Below, in pieces: positions 1 through 10,980 of a DNA stretch of 64,000 nt. The stretch spans positions 192,001-256,000 of the forward strand of contig CAWJYV010000001.1 in the NCBI GenBank assembly GCA_963847185.1. Reading direction: 5' to 3'. Made by a program: the position numbers and the translations under genes. Each line of letters starts with the position of its first letter. The stretch's first letter is position 1. The notes beneath the pieces were generated by a model. It was not told the origin of the DNA. It saw only the letters and a list, made by a program, of their open reading frames with translations, and did not search any database. This stretch comes from an uncultured Methanosarcinaceae archaeon (GTDB taxonomy: Archaea > Halobacteriota > Methanosarcinia > Methanosarcinales > Methanosarcinaceae).

Positions 1-1
1 G

Positions 2-196
2 TCCACAATTAACCCACTCACGCATTTGATTAACGGAATCAGGTATTTTGCAATAGGGAGTGATTTTTCATCAATAGGAATCCGTTACACTTACACTCGG
101 GGAGAAGCTCTCATTTCTTTCCTATACCTTCTAGCTTTTGCGGGAATAATGTTACTCATAGCAAGGTGGAGATTTAGCAAAGTTAAGGTCACATAA
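2..196 (+). CDS. 3' end of ABC-2 type transporter permease (partial, runs in from window edge)
   Basis: Frame 2 reads STINPLTHLINGIRYFAIG...LISFLYLLAFAGIMLLIARWRFSKVKVT* (TAA 194-196); NPLT-x-x-x-x-G-x-R motif followed by a terminal TM helix is typical of ABC-2 permeases. Confidence 0.75.
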   Translation, partial: STINPLTHLINGIRYFAIGSDFSSIGIRYTYTRGEALISFLYLLAFAGIMLLIARWRFSKVKVT

Positions 197-730
197 TTAG
201 CCTATACAAAAAAGAATACTAGTAAGAGGTTCTATGGTATTCCATTCACATATACCTAGAAGCTACGTACAAAGGCCAGATATATTGCTCGGGTAAAATG
301 GACCAAATATATCCTGGAAGGCTCACAAGTAATTAAAACGAGTACTTACGGGCTAAGCTTCTGGGATATATGGAAGGCTGGCGCGAACATCGTACTCGCT
401 GATCGCAGTGGGTGCGCCAGTGCAGCTTTGATTTTTCTGTTTTTTAGGAGGAAGTTCGGCTACTCTTACTCTTTCACACTCTCAAATAAAAAGTGTGTAA
501 ATGATTCAAAAGTTACGAGTTGAACTGAGAAATCAATTCCATTAAACATTTAAATGTTTAAGAATGAATTTAACCAATTTCAATAACTTGATCTAGTGCC
601 TTATATATAAATTAAATTATATATAATAAGTCAAAATAATTAGCAATATATCAATTAGAACACTAGTTTATTCTGACTGCTTATTGAAAGTAGGTATATT
701 GCCGTTAAAGAAAGGAGTCTGAAAGGGAAA

Positions 731-3700
731 ATGAAAATGAAAATGGAGCAATTTCCGGCAAAGAACCCGAACCCTGTGCTCCGTGCGGAAAAGGATGGGA
801 CAGTTCTTTATTCAAATGTGGCGGGTGAGCCTTTATTGCATGAGTGGGGCGTGGAAGTTGGAGAAAAACTTCCTTCTTATATCGTAGAGTTTGTGAAAAG
901 GGTAATTTCCCAGAATAGCCCGAAAAAAATGGAAGTTAATGTGGGAAAAAGAGTATATCTTGTCGCTTTTCATCCCATATCCGAAGAAGATTGCGTAAAC
1001 ATTTATGGATTCGATATAAGTGACCAGAAAGAGCTTGAAGAAAAATATCATAATATTGTAGAGAAGTCCATGCCTTGTCAGGTACTGTTAGATGAAAACC
1101 ATGCCTTAAGAGACGAGATACAGAGACTTAGAGCATGTCTAGAAGAGCCTGAAGAACTCCGGCGTGCTATCAGTGAAGGAGACCTGGATGCCTTGGTCAT
1201 GCCTGTATCAGAAGAAGATATTATGGTCTTTACTCTAAGTAGTGCCGATCAAGCATATCGCACCCTAATGGAAACAGCAAATGAAGATGTGTTAATAGTT
1301 GACGCTGAATTCAAGGTCACTTATGCCGGTAAGAGACTTATTGACAAATTAGGATTAGGATACAGTCAGGAAGAAATAATTGGCAGGTCGTGGTTGGATT
1401 TCGTTGATGAAGAAAGTAAAGTTTATTCTGACCTGAGAATGAAAAAAAGGCGGCAAGGTAGCGATGAGAATTACGAATTAAAATTAATATGTCAGGACGG
1501 CTCCCCATTATGGATACTTGCAAGTTCTAATCCTCTTTTTGACGAAAATGGTAAGTTTAGAGGCGCTCTGGCTATGCTCACTGATATCACTGAGCGCAAA
1601 CGGATTGAAGAGACATTGCGGAAGAGCGAGGCTCAGCTAAGAGAGGCTCAACGGCTGTCAAAAGTAGGAGACTGGGAGTGGGTCATCGAGGGCGATATTG
1701 TAACTTGGTCCGACGAATTGTACAATATTGCGGGACTAAGCAAGGAAAGGCCCGCTCCTAGCTATCAAGAGCAAACCAATCTTTACGCAAGAGAAAGCTG
1801 GTCTCTTCTTGATAAAGCTGTCGAGAATGCACTTGAGACTGGTGAACCATACGAGCTTATGCTCGAGCTGATCCGTGTGGACGGCACGCACCGCTGGGTC
1901 AATGCTCATGGTGAAACAATGCGGGATCTCAGCGGACTCATTGTAGGACTTCGCGGCACTGTCCAGGACCTCACAGAGCGTAAACAGACCGAGGAGAAGT
2001 TGGCCGCAGCCTACAGCCAGATCCAGAGCATAATCGACAACACGCCGGACATCATCTATGCCTTTGATCTGGAGGAGCGTTTTGTGCTGGCAAACAAAGC
2101 AGTCGCAAACGTGCTAAACTCCACGCCGGATCGAATGATCGGAAAGAGACGTCACGAGTTCATGCCCAAAATGGACGCAGACTGGCATGAGGCAAACGAT
2201 CGGCAAGTGTTCGAGGCGGGCAGGGTGCTGGAGTTCGAGGAGTACAGCCACCTCGAGGGTCGCTCGATTACCTGGCTTACCAAGAAATTCCCTCTTCGCG
2301 ACGCTCAGGAAAGAATCTACGCGGTAGCTGGAATCTCCGCGGACATCACCGAGCGCAAGCGGAGGGAGGAAATCCAGGAGGCAATTAACTCCATCAACCG
2401 GACCATCCATTCGACCCTCGACTTCGACGACATTATGCAGAAGACTGTTTCAGAGGCATCCAAGGCAATTGGGAGTGATACGGCTGCAGTCTCCCTTAGA
2501 AAAGGTGACCGTTGGATAATCAGCCATGTTTATGGTTTTCCTGAGAGTGTGATCGGAAATGAGATGAATGATGAAGAAGAGCCACATGCTCTTCTTGCCA
2601 TCAAAACGAGAAAGCCCGTAGCCATTAACAATGCCTTCAACGATGAGAGAGTGAATCGTAATCACATGAAGAAATGGGGAATTCGCTCCGTACTGGTCGT
2701 TCCTCTTGTCGCCAAGGATGAAGTTATCGGGGTAATCTTTTTCAACTGTTATAAGTCTGTTTCTGAATTTGGTGATATCCAAGTTGATTTTGCAACCCGG
2801 CTTGCATCATCGATATCGCTGGCTTTGGAAAACTCTCGCCTTTTCGAAAATCTTAAAATTGAACTCACCGAACGCAAGAAGGCAGATAGTGAACTGCGAA
2901 AGATGTACGAGAAGCTCCAGAGTCAATCCGAAGAGTTGCAGGTATTCAACGAAGAGCTACAGGTTCAATCAGAGGAACTCCATGAAGCAAATGAGGCACT
3001 CCATGAAAGCGAAAAACGTTACCGTACATTAGCTGAAAATTCCCCTGATATAGTTATTCGCTTTGACAGACAAAATCGGTATATGTATGCTAATCCAGCG
3101 GCTTCGGAAGCTTACGGCTTTTCTCAAGAAGAAATTATTGGAAAAACTCAAGATGAACTGGGAATGAACCCTGAATTAGTTAAGTTTTTGGAGACATACC
3201 AGGAAATTGTTTTTACTACGGGAAAACCCGAAACAATGGAATTCCAATATAAATTCCCTCAAGGAAAAGAACGCTATTTTAACACAAAAATAGTACCAGA
3301 GTTTGCTAATGGCAAAGTGACCTCTATTCTTGCTATTTCCCATGACATTACGGATATTAAGGAATCAGAAGCTAAGTTGAGAGAAGCACTCGACAATTTA
3401 GAAGAACTAGTTAAAGAACGAACTGCAGAGCTTGAAAAAGCTTATATCTCGTTAAAAGAGGGTGAAAGAGGCCTTGCTGAAGCCCAGGAAATGGCTCACC
3501 TTGGAAATTGGGTTCACAATATTATAACTGACGAAATACGCTGGTCCGATGAAGCTTACCGTATTTTTGGATTTAAGCCTCAAGAATTTGGAGTAACCTA
3601 TGATGGATTTTTGAGCTATGTACATACAGATGATCGAGATTTTGTAGTTAACGCAGTCAGACAAACTTTAAACGGAAAGGTCCTTGACATCGAACATAGA

Positions 3701-4556
3701 ATAGTCTTAGCTAACGGAGGAGAACGCATAGTCCATGAGCGAGGTGAAGTCGTTTTCGATGACAAAAATAATCCTGTTCTAAGAGGAATAGTTCAGGATA
3801 TTACTGAGCGCAAAAAAGCAGAAGAAAGTTTGGCGAACATTGAGATTGCCCGTAAACAGGAAATCCATCATCGCATTAAGAATAATCTTCAGGTAATTTC
3901 CTCCCTGCTTGATCTTCAGGCTGAACAGTTTAGAAACCGAGAAAATATTAAGGATTCGGAAGTTCTGGGCGCCTTCAGGGAAAGCCAGGATAGAGTGATA
4001 TCTATGGCTCTGATTCATGAAGAACTGTACAAAGGTGGAGGGTTCGATACACTTGACTTTTCGCCTTACATTGAGGAACTAGCTCACAATCTTTTCCTGA
4101 CGTATCGTCTTGGAAATATCGATATAAGCTTAAACATGGATCTGGAAGAAAACCTTTTCTTTGACATGGATACTGCAGTTCCGTTAGGAATGATTGTTAA
4201 TGAACTCATTTCCAACTCCCTCAAACATGCATTTATAGGGAGGGATAAAGGAGAAATCCGAATCAAACTTCACAAGGGAAGAGCCTACAGAACTTGACGG
4301 GGAAGGCTACGAGAGTACCAGTACCAGTACCAGTTTCACTCTGAGCATTTCAGACAATGGTGTGGGCATTCCTGAAAATCTTGATATTGAAGATCTCGAT
4401 AGTCTCGGGTTTCAGCTGGTAACTTCCCTTGTAGACCAGTTAGATGGGGAATTTGAACTGAAACGGAATAATGGGACAGAATTCATTATAAGGTTCACAG
4501 TAGTAGAAATAATTAATCAGGAGTCAGCGCCAGCCTCACAACAATTAGTTGAATAA
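731..4556 (+). pseudogene. Multi-PAS/GAF sensor histidine kinase (HisKA_2 + HATPase_c), frameshifted near 4274
   Basis: Several PAS/PAC modules ending DITERK, a GAF domain, H-box EIHHRIKNNLQ, N-box NELISNSLKHAF. The G1/G2 part (SDNGVGIP, LGFQLV...GTEF) lies in another frame ending at 4556. Removing one A at 4274-4275 restores LHREEPTELDGEGYESTSTSTSFTLSISDNGVG. Confidence 0.85.
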
Positions 4557-4778
4557 TGCTTAGAACCTGTCCAGCCAGTTTAACATGGTGGAAAATCTCT
4601 ATCGAGTCTGGGATAGCTATTTTTACAAGCCTATCCAGAGTCTTCTACGTGCGTATATCCAGTAACCATGCTGAAGGTATACAGCCTCCGTAAACACTAT
4701 TCAGGTATAGAGCCCCTGTTTGCTAACACCCGAAAACGATCAAATAAAGTAAACTTAATTATAATAAACTGATATTAA

Positions 4779-5015
4779 GTGGGTGAAATAATGAGAAAAG
4801 AGCTGATTATATTATTAGTACTGTTCAGTGTATTCTTAGCTATCGGCTGTGCAGAAACTAAAAAGCCAAATGAAACAACAAATCCAGCTAAAGAGGCAAC
4901 TCCAGTTACTATGGGTAATAAGACAGAAATGATGGAAAACAGAACTGGAATGATGAACAATACAACCGGAATGATGAACAATACAACCGGAATGATGGGC
5001 AATAGGAACATATGA
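4779..5015 (+). CDS. Small Met/Asn/Thr-rich lipoprotein
   Basis: Hydrophobic N-terminus ending in lipobox-like LAIGC; MMNNTTG repeats (21-nt tandem units); likely ATG at 4791. Confidence 0.7.
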   Translation: MGEIMRKELIILLVLFSVFLAIGCAETKKPNETTNPAKEATPVTMGNKTEMMENRTGMMNNTTGMMNNTTGMMGNRNI

Positions 5016-5120
5016 CCTGTCAAGTCTCGACTGTTTCTTTCTACATATGATCCGGGAGAGAGTCTACTATTGCCTATTAACGACCCCAAAAAATACATAA
5101 TGGTTGCTCTAGAATGTAAT

Positions 5121-5270
5121 TATAGGCTTTTAGCTCGTGGTTGCCCTTATGGATCTCAACCGTTTGATGCCATAATATTAACAGGACAACCACTCCTATC
5201 TCCTTTCTATCCTCTCGGACCTTTATCCTACATACTTATTACCACAACCCACGCAGCCAAGCGTATAGAC
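5121..5270. repeat. Dispersed structured repeat, copy 1 (copy 2 at ~42240-42372)
   Basis: CTTTTAGCTCGTGGTTGCCCTTAT (5127-5150) vs CTTTTAGCTCGTAGTTGCCCTTAT (42244-42267); shared CGTTTGAYGCC and pyrimidine-rich tail; internal inverted repeat in both copies. Confidence 0.65.
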
Positions 5271-5481
5271 TTTTCTAGGGTAATTTATATCTCCCAATTC
5301 TGGGAAGTCCTGTAATTAAGTAGATTTACCGGGATAAATGTAAAGTCGAAACTTGCTTTATCTTATCCTGAAAATAGTGTTTGAGTTACCCTATTAATAT
5401 GTATTGTGCCTGGCGATAGCGGAAACAAACAAACCCTTATTATCGAGGCATCAGATATTGGTTTATATCTAATATGTTTAG

Positions 5482-5736
5482 GTGGTCCATATAGTCACAC
5501 TTGGATATTCTCACAAATTTAATGCATTGAAGTTTCGCATTTTAGAAGCCCTATACAAGTCCAATAAACCAATGACTGTACGCGACATTGAATATGAAAC
5601 AGGTATTCATTATACTAACATTTCTAGTGCAATGTCGCATTATCAGAGGCTACAAAAAAGAAGCCAGATTCAGAGTCTAGTCTTGTGGGAGTTCGTGTGT
5701 TCGAGGTGGACATTTCATACTAAATTTTTTAGTTGA
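5482..5736 (+). pseudogene. Winged-helix DNA-binding protein fragment
   Basis: LKFRILEALYKSNKPMTVRDIEYETGIHYTNISSAMSHY is a wHTH pattern; the sequence after ~residue 58 looks out of frame or unrelated. Confidence 0.5.
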
Positions 5737-6118
5737 CTCCTTTTTGCTTTATTTAATTTACATTTAACCTCCTCTGATTTTATCAGTATCAAAGGAAACT
5801 TGTAGATAAGGCATGGAGATTAATATAGATATACTTCTTTCAGTTTTTGTTTTCATTCTTGAGCTTCTCAAACAAAATCAGCGTTCTTTCTTTTATAGTT
5901 TCTATTTTATTGTTAAGCTTACTTGAGCATGTATTTTTTCATGTCAGTAAACTCTTTTATTATAATTTTAAATCCATCTTATCAGGCAATTAAGTTTTTA
6001 AAAAGAGGAACATCTAACTTCCAGTTGAAAGTCAAGAAGTGAGTGAATTTACTTACAAATCTTAAGTACTTAAAGAAAAAGATGGAGGTGGAGAGATGTC
6101 TCCCTTCCAGAGAAAAAG

Positions 6119-6535
6119 TTAAGCTCCACCGCTGGAACCTCCACTGGAACCTCCACTGGAATCTGTGCCACCTGCACTAGAACCTGCACCTGTAGCTGGA
6201 CCCGCACCCGTATCGGAACCTGTGTTGCCTGCACTGGAACCTGTACCGGTATTTGCACTGGCATCTGCACTGGTAGCTGGGTTGGAGACTCTACCGGAAC
6301 CTGTGTCACCTGCATTGGTAGCTACACCGACAGTACCTGTAGCTGCACTAGGATTTATATCGGGTACACCTGTATTACAAGCATCTGATGGAATTATCAA
6401 GATGCGTTTATTACTTTCAGAAATGCATTGATCTGAGCACGCACTTACTGCAGCAACTGTAACTGACAAAACAAAAAAGGCTACCATAAAAAAACACAAC
6501 ACCTTCTTTATTTTATCAAGCTTTTGACTTTCCAT
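6119..6535 (-). CDS. Secreted Gly/Ser/Ala/Thr-rich small protein
   Basis: Signal peptide MESQKLDKIKKVLCFFMVAFFVLSVTVAAVSA, three Cys in the early mature part, low-complexity tail; SD-like GAGGGAG upstream. Confidence 0.7.
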   Translation of the reverse strand: MESQKLDKIKKVLCFFMVAFFVLSVTVAAVSACSDQCISESNKRILIIPSDACNTGVPDINPSAATGTVGVATNAGDTGSGRVSNPATSADASANTGTGSSAGNTGSDTGAGPATGAGSSAGGTDSSGGSSGGSSGGA

Positions 6536-7246
6536 TTAATCGCTCCCTCATATCTTTACATGGACACAATTTGAGAATGTTAGTTTTTTACTTAATCCAG
6601 TTAGCAAATTCAATAAGTTAGTAATTTACAATTTAAAAATGAGACTTGTTTCTGAGAATGTTTTATTATATTATGCTTTCTCTTATTATTATGGCGAGCA
6701 TTTGCGTTTACGTTAAATGATTTCAAATTGTATCAGTAAGCTATATTTATTTGATAAATATAGTAATTAACGAAATATAAATAAGAAACTATTTTAAATA
6801 AATGCTATTGTTATCTAGTCCAGATTCTGCATGACATCTGAAAAGGGTTGAAATATAAGATGTAGATTCAAAAAAAATCATTCTAAAGGATAAAAGCATT
6901 GACTTTTATCCATTTAGTTCATTATTGTATTAAAAGCAAGAGATTATTTTTCATAGTTTGTAAGACAAATTTCTATTGACAGGCTATTTATCATTAAATC
7001 AGATACAACCTCTATTTTGTTAAGATAAGTGGAGCCTATTTGTTGAATCTCTCAATATCATAGATTAAGTAAATCTACTGAAAGAAGTCGCCAAGAGATG
7101 AAAATCAGGCTATAGTGGTTAATCCAAAATTGGCAAATCTTCCTAATTATTTTCGACGAAAAACGCTCTAGATCCCGCTATTGCAACATTTATAGCGTTT
7201 TTTCTCTCTTTTTTATTAATTTAAAGACTTGACTAAATTTTCGGTG

Positions 7247-8404
7247 GATGCTGCCTCATTAATTAGTTGATATTTTTCTATTTCTATAATTTAACAAATC
7301 TGTTAATGTCCATTTATTTTTAGTAATCCCATATTTTTCTGCTGGTGTTTTCTTTCCCAAAACTCCATTTTCTTTTTCTTTTTTTAATCCTCTATGGTCT
7401 CTACAAAAGTTAAAATGAGTGCAATAAAGTCTCATTTGGTTGTACAATCCCTCAATTTTCTTCGAAAACCCTATTGTCTTCCTTGAAACTCTATTGTTAT
7501 CCTGTCTAAATGTTAGATTTTGTCTTTCAAGCAAACTTGTTGAAATTTCACTTTGATCTATATTTTGACCAAAGATTACTCTTTTTTCAATTTTCTGAAG
7601 CTTCTTTCCCAGTTTGTTTTTGATAACCTGAGCATATTTCAGATTTTCATTAGGTATTATTGCTGGTTTTCTGGGTCTTCCTCTCTTTCCAGTTTTAGAA
7701 AAATCTACCAAATCACCATATTTTTTCAAAAGAGCTTCAGCATAGAATCCATCTGTAACAAAAAGAGGTTTTAAAGTTGAAAGATGTTTATCTGTAATAT
7801 TTACAAATTCGTCTGCCACATACTGTTTTCTTGGCCCCAGTATAAAATCAATTATTAATCTGGACTCAGGTGCAAAGCTCACCCACATCCATGCTCCATC
7901 ATCTTCAACTTCTGTTCTTGGAGCAACTTTTTTTCAATTATTACCCATAGTTCATCCATCTCAACTTTGGAAATATTAAGATCTTTCATCAAGTCTTCAT
8001 TTACCTTCTCACATTGTTTCGCGCAGCGAAACAACCAGTTACTTACTGTTGCAGGTTGAACTTCCAATACATCAGAAATAGCTTGTATTGACATTCCTTT
8101 AATAGCCATCTTCAAGGCTAATTTGACAACAGATTCGTCTTTTCTCACATTATCAAAAAAAGTACCTGTTCGATCATTGAATACTCTGCCGCATTCGCGG
8201 CAGATATATTTTCGAACTCGCTTATTCTTGATTTGATAGGTACCATTGCCTATGATGTTTTCTTTTCCAGTAACACCATAAAGTTTACAATCCGGATTAG
8301 GACAAGAAACGTCAGTGAACTTTGGCTTTGCTCCTCTTTTTCCCATTAGGAGAATATGATATCTTTCCTACTATATAATGTCAACTAAATACAAATGAAG
8401 TACC
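7247..8404 (-). mobile_element. IS1-family insertion sequence (long type, ~1.16 kb)
   Basis: Imperfect terminal IRs GATGCTGCCTCATTAATTAGTTGA (7247) and GGTACTTCATTTGTATTTAGTTGA (rc of right end); two overlapping transposase ORFs; no target duplication found. Confidence 0.8.
7259..8346 (-). CDS. IS1-family transposase (InsA Zn-ribbon/HTH + InsB DDE, joined by -1 frameshift)
   Basis: CPNPDC...CREC zinc ribbon, HTH, EMDELW; A7 run (T7 at ~7928-7934 on +) at the junction; InsB motifs FVTDG and LERQNLTFR. Confidence 0.85.
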
Positions 8405-9342
8405 AAAATATTAAAGTATTAAAAAAAGAACTGCATGAGTTTTGGGAGAGACATACATTTACACATAAAATGTCGCATTATTTAAAATGATGACTATATT
8501 TTGGAGATATCAGAAACTAGCAGGTCAATTTTAGAGTAGTCTATAGGCTCCGCTGGTTCTCTATCCAGGCAATTATAAGTTCAGTTCGGCCCTGTTGCTT
8601 CCGTTTTCTGTGCCAATGATTCAGCGCTTCTCCTTGTTTGCACAGAAAGTGACATATCTTTACTACTCCTTACTCATATAGCCCGGAGCTCCTCGAGTTT
8701 TGCCATTTTTCATTTTCCAAGTCTCCGGTTTTAAGTGTAACTTCAGGTGTTTCCAAAAAAAAATATTGTAATGGGATTATTTGCTATTCAAAGGGATAAA
8801 AAATTTTAATTTTTGGTTTCAAATATCTTTAATTTTATTTTGGATTTTTTATTTAGTATACTAAATAAAAAAGCTGGATGCCTTAATTGAAAATAATTAT
8901 AATTTGTCAATATATTAAGGTTTTATTCAACTTTATTACTCCTTTTAACGATTAATAAAATTTATTTTTCCGCATATCTGCCTATTATTATCTATTTTGA
9001 TATAAAAGATTGCTTTATTAGCTTATTGTCAAAATAAACAATTTGAATCCTTTATTTTATACTCTCTTTTTAAAGAAACCTATTATTGCATCTTTATAAA
9101 CATTTATTTTTACTTTTCATATTTTGATTATCAACACACTATTAATATTTATTTTAGCTGTAAGTAGCTATATATCTTTAACTTAACATGATATTATCTA
9201 ATGAATGTTCTTTCAATAGTAAAAAAGAATATTCATAGTAAAACTAGAACTTAAAAAATCAATCTATGTAAGGGAATCAAATTGAGAGTACACCAGCTTA
9301 AGAATTGTATTAAATCTGGAGAATAGTGGGGAATCAAGACAA

Positions 9343-10980
9343 ATGCCAAAACAAGTCTTTGACGTCATAAAAAAGGCAGGTTATCTTTTCATGGTAACCT
9401 TAATGTTATTAACACCTGCAGCTGCAGAGAGCAACGCAGGAAGCAAAAGCATTACATATAACAATGGGACGAGTTCAGGAAACTCATTTGAAGATGTCTC
9501 ATTGGAAAATGTCGAATTTAACAATGTGACATTTATCAATGTTACATTTATCAATGTTTCAATTAACACTCTCACAATTAACAATCTCACAACAGTTAGC
9601 AATGGACTGGATGCAAATGGGCAGGATGCAGGAAGTGCCGAAAATAGCGCCGAAAATAGCGCCGAAAATTGCACCGATACCAAAGTTGTCCGTAAATTAT
9701 CGGGTTCCAAGCACTCTAGTCACAGTAATGCGGCCACAGCAGCAAGTACCGCAGCAGCGAGTGCTACAGCAGCAAGTACCGCAGCAGCAAGTACCGCAGC
9801 AGCGAGTACTACACCAAGCAGTACCATAAATAGTGGAGATTACGCAGGAAGTAGATCATATAATGGAACTGATGCAGGAAATACCGTAAATAATGGTACT
9901 TATGCAGCAGCAACCTTTAATAATGGTACGTATGCAGGAGCAATCTTCAACTATGGAGTATACGCAGGCTCCAGATTTTATGGTGATGAGGCAGGAAACA
10001 CTGAAAATAGTGGGGAATCTGCAGCAAGCACCTATAATGATGCAGATGGGTCAGGAAGCACCTATAATGATGGTGAGAATGCAGGCTCCAGAGCTTACGA
10101 GGGGTCAGGAGCAGGAAGCACCATAAATAACGGTGATGATGCAGGCGCCTACCACAATATTGGGGATGAATCATACGCCTACGTCAATTACGGGGATGAA
10201 TCAGGTGCCAAAAATTATGTTGGGGATGAAGCAGGAAACTTCGAAAATAACGGTGAAAATGCAGGAAGCAGCTATAATGAGGGTGGTGTAGCAGGTGGCT
10301 ACCTCAATAACGGTGAGGAATCAGGCTCCAGAAATTATGCTGAGGATTCAGGAAACACCATTAATAATGGGGGAGCTGCAGGAAGCACCTATAACAGTGG
10401 TGGTGTAGCAGGCGGTAACCTTAATAACGGGGATGGATCAGGTTCCAGAAATTATGCTGGATCAGGAGCAGGAAGCACTGTAAATAATGGTGATGAAGCA
10501 GGAAGCACCATTAATAATGGGGGAGCTGCAGGAAGCACAGTAAACAATGGAGCAATAGCAGGTTCCAGAAATTATGGTGATGACTCAGGAAACACCTATA
10601 ATAATGGAGTTGTAGCAGGAAGCACTGTAAATAACGGAGTTGTAGCAGGAAGCACCGTAAATAATGCTGAGGATGCAGGCTCCAGAAATTATGAGGAGAA
10701 TGGAGGAAACACCGTAAATATTGGTGAGAATTCTGGAAGCACCATCAATAATGGTGATAATGCAGGAAGCACCGTAAATAATGCTGAGGATGCAGGCTCC
10801 AGAAATTATGAGGAGAATGGAGGAAACATCGAAAATAATGGTGAGAATGCAGGAAGCACCAACAATAATGGTGAGAATGCAGGAAAAACCGAAAATGAAG
10901 GTGAGAATTCAGGAAGCAGAACATATAATGGGGATAATTCAGGAAATACCATAACCAATAATTATAACACAACCGTATAA
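9343..10980 (+). CDS. Secreted Asn/Gly-rich tandem-repeat protein (predicted beta-solenoid)
   Basis: Signal peptide ending PAAA; NVTFI pentapeptide block; Ala/Ser/Thr linker; roughly 38 copies of a 9-10 aa unit (A/S)G(S/N)TxNNGxx to the C-terminus; no anchor seen. Confidence 0.85.
   Translation: MPKQVFDVIKKAGYLFMVTLMLLTPAAAESNAGSKSITYNNGTSSGNSFEDVSLENVEFNNVTFINVTFINVSINTLTINNLTTVSNGLDANGQDAGSAENSAENSAENCTDTKVVRKLSGSKHSSHSNAATAASTAAASATAASTAAASTAAASTTPSSTINSGDYAGSRSYNGTDAGNTVNNGTYAAATFNNGTYAGAIFNYGVYAGSRFYGDEAGNTENSGESAASTYNDADGSGSTYNDGENAGSRAYEGSGAGSTINNGDDAGAYHNIGDESYAYVNYGDESGAKNYVGDEAGNFENNGENAGSSYNEGGVAGGYLNNGEESGSRNYAEDSGNTINNGGAAGSTYNSGGVAGGNLNNGDGSGSRNYAGSGAGSTVNNGDEAGSTINNGGAAGSTVNNGAIAGSRNYGDDSGNTYNNGVVAGSTVNNGVVAGSTVNNAEDAGSRNYEENGGNTVNIGENSGSTINNGDNAGSTVNNAEDAGSRNYEENGGNIENNGENAGSTNNNGENAGKTENEGENSGSRTYNGDNSGNTITNNYNTTV

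Noticed and set aside
378-420. GC-rich hairpin CTGGCGC...GCGCCAG as an ncRNA or riboswitch
   Set aside because: A single stem with no second copy or recognisable family features
6070-6431. Alternative-frame ORFs (QVPV-rich, PALEP-rich)
   Set aside because: They overlap the signal-peptide-bearing ORF 6119-6535, which has an SD and is the more plausible gene
8500-8760. Coding-like minus-strand relic next to IS1
   Set aside because: Multiple stops and no identifiable motif
9800-10970. Periodic ~30-nt DNA repeats as a CRISPR-like or non-coding array
   Set aside because: The periodicity is in-frame coding repetition with synonymous variation, explained by the protein repeat
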